Part shown: one piece after another, positions 58,511-64,000 of the stretch | Layout of the letters: each line of letters starts with the position of its first letter | Position numbering within the stretch: the first letter of the stretch is position 1 | Source of the DNA: Dehalococcoidia bacterium | GTDB taxonomy: Bacteria; Chloroflexota; Dehalococcoidia; Plut-88900 | NCBI GenBank assembly: GCA_965207225.1 | Contig: CBDBLV010000002.1 | Location: 1 to 64,000 of the forward strand | Length of the DNA: 64,000 nucleotides | Direction of reading: 5' to 3' | Program-made: the position numbers and the translations under genes | Notes under the pieces: model-generated | What the model was told of the DNA's origin: nothing | The model's database searches: none | The model's input: only the letters and a program-made list of their open reading frames with translations

Positions 58511-59558
58511 CGTCGTGGTCAAGGGAAATGCCGAGACCCGGGGAGTCGGGGGTGGAGAGGAAGCCGTTGGTCGGGGCCAGGGGGGTTTGGAGGAGGTCGT
58601 GGGTGAGTAGGGGGCCGGTGGCGAGGCCGCAGGCATGGGGGAGGTCCAGCGCGGCGGCGAGATGGGTCGTGGCGGCCAGGCCAACGCCGGCCTCCAGTGT
58701 GGATGTAAGGACGACGCTGAGGCCTTTGGTTCGGGAGTGGTCGATGATGGAACGGGCGACAGAGATGCCGCCGACTCTTGCAAGCTTTAGTACCAGGAGG
58801 TCTATGGAGTTAGAGTCGGCGAGTTCCCGGGCAGACTGGAGATTTTCTACGGACTCATCGGCGGCGATGGGGATAGGAGAGTCTCGACGGAGCCGGGAGA
58901 GGGTGTTGGGGTCGGCGGGGGTAACGGGCTCTTCGATGAATTCGGGTGAGTATTTTGCGAGGTGTTGGAGGGCAAGAGCGGCCTGGGGCTCTGGCCAGGC
59001 CTGGTTGGCGTCGAGGCGGAGCTTGACGGAGCGGCCGACGTTCCGGCGGACTCGGGAAAGAGCGTCTTCGTCGAGGTCCAGGGGTCGGCCCCCAACCTTT
59101 AGCTTGATGGTGCGAAAACCCTCTTCGGCGACCTTGATGGCGAGGGTTTCAGTTGCAACGGGGTCGGCCTCGCTGATCACGGCGTTGACCTCCACGGGTT
59201 TGGGGACGCCGTCCAGGAACTCGGCCAGCGACTTGCCTTCGGACTGGGCAAGGCAATCAAAGGCGGCTGTCTCCAGGGCAAAGGCGAGGGGTGGAGGAGG
59301 GACTGCGGACAGGGGTGCTGAGGCAAGGGGACGATTCAGCAGGGCCGGGGCTACGGTTTCGAGGGCTGTGGCGATGAAGCGGAGGGAGGAGTGGCCGCGA
59401 ACCAATGCGGCAGGAGCCTCACCGATGCCAACGAGTCCATCGTCGGTCTCAAGCCAGACTATGAGGCTGAAGCGGGTGTCGATGAGAGAAGAAGAGGTAC
59501 GGAAGGGAGTTTTGAACGGGATGCCTACGGTCTGCCATTCGATGGCGCGGATTAGCAT
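58464..59558 (-). CDS. menC: o-succinylbenzoate synthase
   Basis: Enolase superfamily KLKVG, RLDANQ, EEP, AADES, LK..RVGG, CGLAT. Confidence 0.88.
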   Translation of the reverse strand: MLIRAIEWQTVGIPFKTPFRTSSSLIDTRFSLIVWLETDDGLVGIGEAPAALVRGHSSLRFIATALETVAPALLNRPLASAPLSAVPPPPLAFALETAAFDCLAQSEGKSLAEFLDGVPKPVEVNAVISEADPVATETLAIKVAEEGFRTIKLKVGGRPLDLDEDALSRVRRNVGRSVKLRLDANQAWPEPQAALALQHLAKYSPEFIEEPVTPADPNTLSRLRRDSPIPIAADESVENLQSARELADSNSIDLLVLKLARVGGISVARSIIDHSRTKGLSVVLTSTLEAGVGLAATTHLAAALDLPHACGLATGPLLTHDLLQTPLAPTNGFLSTPDSPGLGISLDHDAIQHFSLGPRGRAHV

Positions 59559-59627
59559 GAGTGGCAAGTAGGAGGGGTCACGACGTAAGGGCGTCGGGCC
59601 CCAAATTGAAGATAATTCGGAGGGATC

Positions 59628-60431
59628 ATGAATTCGACCTATACGGACATCATATACGAAAAGGGGGATGGAATAGCCAAGATCACCATCAACAGGCCCG
59701 AGGTGCTCAATGCATTCCGGCCGCGGACAATAGACGAGATGGTGGATGCGTTCAAGGATGCCTGGTTCGATGAGCAGGTTGGGGTGGCGGTGCTCACTGG
59801 TGTTGGGGACAGGGCGTTCTGCTCTGGGGGCGACCAGCGATTGAAGGGGCCCGGTGGGTACCGGGACGACTCGGGATCGACGAGGATGCAGGTGCTGGAG
59901 CTGCACCGAACGATGAGGTCGATACCGAAGCCGGTCATCGCTATGGTGAACGGCTATGCCATTGGAGGGGGCCACGTGCTCCACGTGCTGTGCGACCTCA
60001 CGATAGCGAGCGAAAATGCGATATTCGGGCAGACGGGGCCGAAGGTCGGCAGCTTTGACGGGGGGTTCGGGGCGGTGTATCTGGCGCAGATCATCGGGGA
60101 GAAGAAAGCCAGGGAGTTCTGGTTCATGTGCCAGCAGTACTCGGCCAGGGAGGCGGAAGCGATGGGGCTGGTGAACAAGGTCGTGCCACGGGAGGAGCTG
60201 GAAGCCGAGACGGTGCGGTGGTGCAAGGAGATGCTGAAGAAGAGCCCGACGGCGCTGCGGATGCTGAAAGCTTCCTTCAACGCGGCGACAGACTGGGTTT
60301 ACGGGCTTCAGGCGGTGGCCCATGGGGCAAACAGTCTGTTCTACGGTACGGAAGAGGCACTGGAAGGCAGCAACGCGTTCCTGGAGAAGCGGTCTCCGGA
60401 CTTTTCGCCCTACAGGCACATGCCCTGGTAG
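59628..60431 (+). CDS. menB: 1,4-dihydroxy-2-naphthoyl-CoA synthase
   Basis: [32 protein letters not shown]. Confidence 0.97.
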   Translation: MNSTYTDIIYEKGDGIAKITINRPEVLNAFRPRTIDEMVDAFKDAWFDEQVGVAVLTGVGDRAFCSGGDQRLKGPGGYRDDSGSTRMQVLELHRTMRSIPKPVIAMVNGYAIGGGHVLHVLCDLTIASENAIFGQTGPKVGSFDGGFGAVYLAQIIGEKKAREFWFMCQQYSAREAEAMGLVNKVVPREELEAETVRWCKEMLKKSPTALRMLKASFNAATDWVYGLQAVAHGANSLFYGTEEALEGSNAFLEKRSPDFSPYRHMPW

Positions 60432-60447
60432 CCGGTTGGTGAATGAC

Positions 60448-61356
60448 ATGATGACACGTACTCTGAGCTACGGTCGGGCGTGGTTTTGGGCGTCGAGGCC
60501 CTTCTCGCTGAGCGCGGCGGTGGTGCCGGTGCTGGTGGGGAGCGCGGTGGCAGCCGAGCAGGTGAGCATCAGCTGGCTGCTGTTTGCCTTTGCGCTGGTG
60601 GGGTCGCTGGCTATCCAGATCGGGACGAACCTGACGGACGAGTATGCGGACCACCGTCGGGAGGGGGGGCGGGCAAAGTTCCCGGCGCCGCACAAGGTGC
60701 TGGCCCGAGGGTTGTTGACGGAGAAAGAAGTGCTGATCGGGTGCATCATGACTTTTGCGGTTGGGATTGGGATGGGGCTGTACATCGTGACGGAAGTCGG
60801 GTGGCCGATCCTGGCGGTAGGGCTGGGAAGCGTGTTTGTGGCGGTGTTCTACAGCGCGGGCCCCAAGCCCCTAGGCGACACGGGTTTGGGGGAGGCAACG
60901 GTATTCTTCTTCATGGGCCCGTTGATGATGGTGGCGGCATACTACGTTCAGACGCAGGAGCTGGCTTGGGCGCCGTTTTGGGCGTCGATGCCGGTGGCGT
61001 TCCTGGTGATGGCGATCCTACACTGCAACAACCTGCGGGACGTGGATGAGGATAGAGAGAGCGGAAAGAGGACCTTCGTTACGATGCTGGGGCCGAGGGC
61101 GGGGCGGGTGATATACGTCGGGTTCCTGGCGGCGTCTTATGGCAGCATGGTGATAGTTTCCGTTACGGGTGTGGTATCCATTTGGGGGTTGGTGGGGTTG
61201 GCGTCGTTGGTGTGGGCATACCTGGCGGCCAGAAGGGTCTTGACGGGAAAGGACCGCCGGGAGATGAGCATGGGGTTGGTGAAAACGGCGAAGCTGCACG
61301 GGCAGTCGGGGATGCTGTATGCGGCGGGGTTGGGCGGGGCGGTGGTGTTCGGGTAG
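60448..61356 (+). CDS. menA: DHNA polyprenyltransferase
   Basis: RPFSL, QIGTNLTDEYAD, YSAGPKP, NNLRDVDEDRESGKRT. Confidence 0.92.
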   Translation: MMTRTLSYGRAWFWASRPFSLSAAVVPVLVGSAVAAEQVSISWLLFAFALVGSLAIQIGTNLTDEYADHRREGGRAKFPAPHKVLARGLLTEKEVLIGCIMTFAVGIGMGLYIVTEVGWPILAVGLGSVFVAVFYSAGPKPLGDTGLGEATVFFFMGPLMMVAAYYVQTQELAWAPFWASMPVAFLVMAILHCNNLRDVDEDRESGKRTFVTMLGPRAGRVIYVGFLAASYGSMVIVSVTGVVSIWGLVGLASLVWAYLAARRVLTGKDRREMSMGLVKTAKLHGQSGMLYAAGLGGAVVFG

Positions 61357-61358
61357 GT

Positions 61359-62588
61359 TCAGCCGCCGCGGGCCAGTTGCTTCAGGTTGGTGGACTCATC
61401 GGAGAGGGAGGAAGCGTCGACGGGGGTCTTTTGGCCGATGAGGGTGCGGGTGGGCCTGATATCTCGGAAGTTGTTCACTACCAGCGCCCCGTGTACTGAC
61501 CCATCCTTCAGGTAGAAGGCAGTAAATTTCTCCTCGGCGGGGTCGCCCCGCACTGCGACCTCGTCCCACTCGGTGGCGTGGCCCAGATACTGGATGTTGA
61601 GGTCGTACTGGTCCGACCAGAAGTAGAGGGTGGGAGAGTAGGGTTCGGGGGCGGCTAGCATGGACTTTGCCGCAGCAGCGCCCTGGTTGAGAGCGTTGTC
61701 CCAGTGTTCAACACGGAGTCGGTGGCCGAGACCCGGGTGGTACCAGTTGGTGACGTCTCCGGCAGCATAGATGTCGGGGTGGGATGTCTGACAGAACTCG
61801 TTGACGAGGATGCCGCTATCTACTCCAAGTCCAGCGGATTCGGCGATAGAGGTGTCGGGTGAGATGCCTACACCGATTACGACGAAATCACAGTCGATTG
61901 AGTTGCCCTGGTCGGTGACGACCTGCTCAGCGCGGGCATTGCCTCGGATTTCGGAGATGCCTTCGCGTAGCCGCAGGTCAATACCCCGGTTGGTGTGGAG
62001 GTTAGCATAGATGGCGCCCATCTCTTCACCAAGAATGTGGGCCATGGGCTGGGGCTGGATTTCGAGTACGATGACCTCGAGGCCGGCTGTCTTGCAGACG
62101 GCAGCGACCTCGGAGCCGATGAACCCGGCGCCTACGATGACAGCCCTGGAGGCGCCGTTCATGGCCTGGGCGATGGCCCGGGAGTCGTCTATGGTGCGGA
62201 GGTAGTGGACACCCTCAAGGTCCGAGCCGGGGATGGGGAGAGTCTTCACCCGCGAGCCGGTGGCGAGGAGGAGCTTGTCGTAGCGGAGGGATGCGCCGCT
62301 GGCCAGGGTCACAGCGTGGGCATCAGTATCGATGGAGGTGGCTTCGGCACCCAGGTGAAGCTCGATGGACTGCTCGGCATAGAAATCTTCGGTCTTGAAA
62401 AATAGCTTTTCCTCCTCTTTCGCTCCGCTGAGGAATTCCTTTGAGAGGGGAGGACGGTCATAGGGACGGTGGGGCTCGGCCCCGACGAGGTGGACTTCAC
62501 CGTCGAAACCCTGCTTTCGGAGGGTCTCGGCGGCGGTGCCTCCGGCTATCCCTGCACCAACGATCACATAGGACTGTTTTTCTGCCAT
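61359..62588 (-). CDS. FAD-dependent ferredoxin reductase (HcaD/Pdr-like)
   Basis: GAGIAG, PYDRPPLSK, LATG, GAGFIGSE, AAGD, RVEHW, FWSDQY. Confidence 0.9.
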   Translation of the reverse strand: MAEKQSYVIVGAGIAGGTAAETLRKQGFDGEVHLVGAEPHRPYDRPPLSKEFLSGAKEEEKLFFKTEDFYAEQSIELHLGAEATSIDTDAHAVTLASGASLRYDKLLLATGSRVKTLPIPGSDLEGVHYLRTIDDSRAIAQAMNGASRAVIVGAGFIGSEVAAVCKTAGLEVIVLEIQPQPMAHILGEEMGAIYANLHTNRGIDLRLREGISEIRGNARAEQVVTDQGNSIDCDFVVIGVGISPDTSIAESAGLGVDSGILVNEFCQTSHPDIYAAGDVTNWYHPGLGHRLRVEHWDNALNQGAAAAKSMLAAPEPYSPTLYFWSDQYDLNIQYLGHATEWDEVAVRGDPAEEKFTAFYLKDGSVHGALVVNNFRDIRPTRTLIGQKTPVDASSLSDESTNLKQLARGG

Positions 62589-62731
62589 TTCACTATTCTC
62601 GTAGCTGGATTTAGCATCGGAAGTATAGCATTGAGCGCCTGCGACTCCAGGGTGCGCCTGTGCAAGGGATATCGACAACGTATAAAGTATGGCGCACAGT
62701 CCGAGTCGATGGATAAGGAATCTTTTGAGGC

Positions 62732-63751
62732 ATGGTATTCAAGAGTTTTTTGAGATTGGGCGCGGTGACGGCGATTGTTGCGTTGGCTAGCGCGGGGTGC
62801 CTGCCACAAGCGGCCACCCCCACGCCACTGCCTATAGTGATTCCCGGGGAGACGCCGCCAATGGTAATGAAGCTGGACCTGGAGGTGCTGGCTCCGACAC
62901 ACCTGGAATCGGACGGGGAGAGCGTGTGGGTGTCAAGTGTCGGGACGCCGGGCCAGTTGAATACTACAGTTCAGAGATTCGGGCTGGATGGGACGGAGCT
63001 GGTCAGCTTTGATATTGGGAGTACGCCCGGGCCGATCCTGTTCGACGGTGAGAACATATGGGTGGCTGAACTGGGGACGCCAAATGAGCCGGGAAGTTCG
63101 GTATTCAAGCTGTCGGGGGAGGGGGTGGAGTTGGGTGCCTACGAGGCGGGCATTGTGCCCTTTGCAATGACTTTTGACGGGGAATCTTTATGGGTGGTGA
63201 ACCCTACCGAGGACACCGTGACGAAGATATCTACTTCTGGGCAGAAATTGGGAAGCTTCGGGGTGGGGGATGGGCCGTCGGCGGTTGGGTTCGACGGGGT
63301 GCACGTGTGGGTTACGAATATGGGGTCTCCGGAGTCGGAGGGGAACACGGTGCAGAAGTTGGATGGGGATGGGCGAATAGTGGCGGAGTACGAGGTCGGG
63401 CTCAGGCCGATAGCGATGGCCTTCGATGGAAGCAGCATGTGGATAGCCAACAGCGGGCCATTGGAGGACGACCAAGCGGACTCGGTGACCCGGTTGGGCT
63501 TGGACGGGCGACGATTGGGGGAATTCAGGGTCGGGAACGGGCCGGTGGACATCCTGTACGACGGGGAAAGTATCTGGGTAGCTAATGCGGGGAGCAACAA
63601 CGTTATGAGACTTTCCACCTCGGGCCTGACACTGGGGGTTTTCGACGTGGAGTCAGGGCCGGTGTCGCTGGCGCTTGACGGCAAAGACGTGTGGGTGGCG
63701 AGCCTGGAGGGGAATACGCTTTCGAAGATTGTGTTGCCGGGTGGGGGGTAG
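62732..63751 (+). CDS. Lipoprotein with YVTN/YncE-like beta-propeller
   Basis: Lipobox SAGC; repeated VGxxPxxxxFDGxxxWVxN blades. Confidence 0.85.
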   Translation: MVFKSFLRLGAVTAIVALASAGCLPQAATPTPLPIVIPGETPPMVMKLDLEVLAPTHLESDGESVWVSSVGTPGQLNTTVQRFGLDGTELVSFDIGSTPGPILFDGENIWVAELGTPNEPGSSVFKLSGEGVELGAYEAGIVPFAMTFDGESLWVVNPTEDTVTKISTSGQKLGSFGVGDGPSAVGFDGVHVWVTNMGSPESEGNTVQKLDGDGRIVAEYEVGLRPIAMAFDGSSMWIANSGPLEDDQADSVTRLGLDGRRLGEFRVGNGPVDILYDGESIWVANAGSNNVMRLSTSGLTLGVFDVESGPVSLALDGKDVWVASLEGNTLSKIVLPGGG

Positions 63752-63812
63752 GGGGTTGCTGAACGGTTGAAACACTGGAAAAGGCCCTGATGGATGCTAA
63801 AGAGGACATTTT

Positions 63813-64000
63813 ATGGATAGGCGAATAACACTGTCTGCAAGGGCTGAGGCACGTCTTGCGATACTGGCGTCCAAAGCAGGAAGAACAAAAGACTCCTGCC
63901 TGAGGGAGATCATTGAGCGCGGGTTAGAGGACGCAGAGGGCTACTATCTTGCGGCGGAAGTATTGAAAGGCGTGAGAGAGGGTAGGGTACGGGTATATTC
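63813..64000 (+). CDS. Ribbon-helix-helix (RelB/CopG-like) antitoxin-like protein, runs off window
   Basis: Not in ORF track. AGAGGA RBS; MDRRITLSARAEARLAILASKAGRTKDSCLREIIERGLEDAEGYYLAAEVLKGVREG. Confidence 0.7.
   Translation, partial: MDRRITLSARAEARLAILASKAGRTKDSCLREIIERGLEDAEGYYLAAEVLKGVREGRVRVY

Overview
The window has two compositionally distinct halves. (1) About 1-23,700 is a very GC-rich accessory island with no obvious strand skew, most likely a decaying integrative conjugative element. It holds a minus-strand Gram-positive-type T4SS cluster (secreted protein, TrbL/VirB6, two pilin-like genes, PrgI fusion, VirB4-associated N-terminus), mostly broken by frameshifts or stops. It also holds a frameshifted HTH gene bracketed by a 23/24-bp inverted motif, an array of four ~45-nt hairpins with TTGA(C/T) loops, intact IS1182 and IS21 insertions, small genes with structured leaders including a 4x XRE-HTH protein, and a 2,945-aa Calx-beta-like adhesin with a C15 tract near its start. 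It ends in a possible serine-recombinase/tRNA-like att scar. (2) About 23,800-64,000 is strongly G-skewed core chromosome: HAS-barrel + HerA, folKP, a transcarboxylase-like pair with two biotinyl domains, icd, mdh, three luciferase-like monooxygenases, sdhAB + CCG subunit, recN-rsmD-coaD, polA-mutM, a CoA-transferase and a TetR-headed menaquinone cluster with menC inverted. Gene content suggests a Chloroflexota (Dehalococcoidia/SAR202-like), possibly host-associated organism (inference). No rRNA, intact tRNA or CRISPR array was seen. All calls are by eye from motifs; no database search was run.
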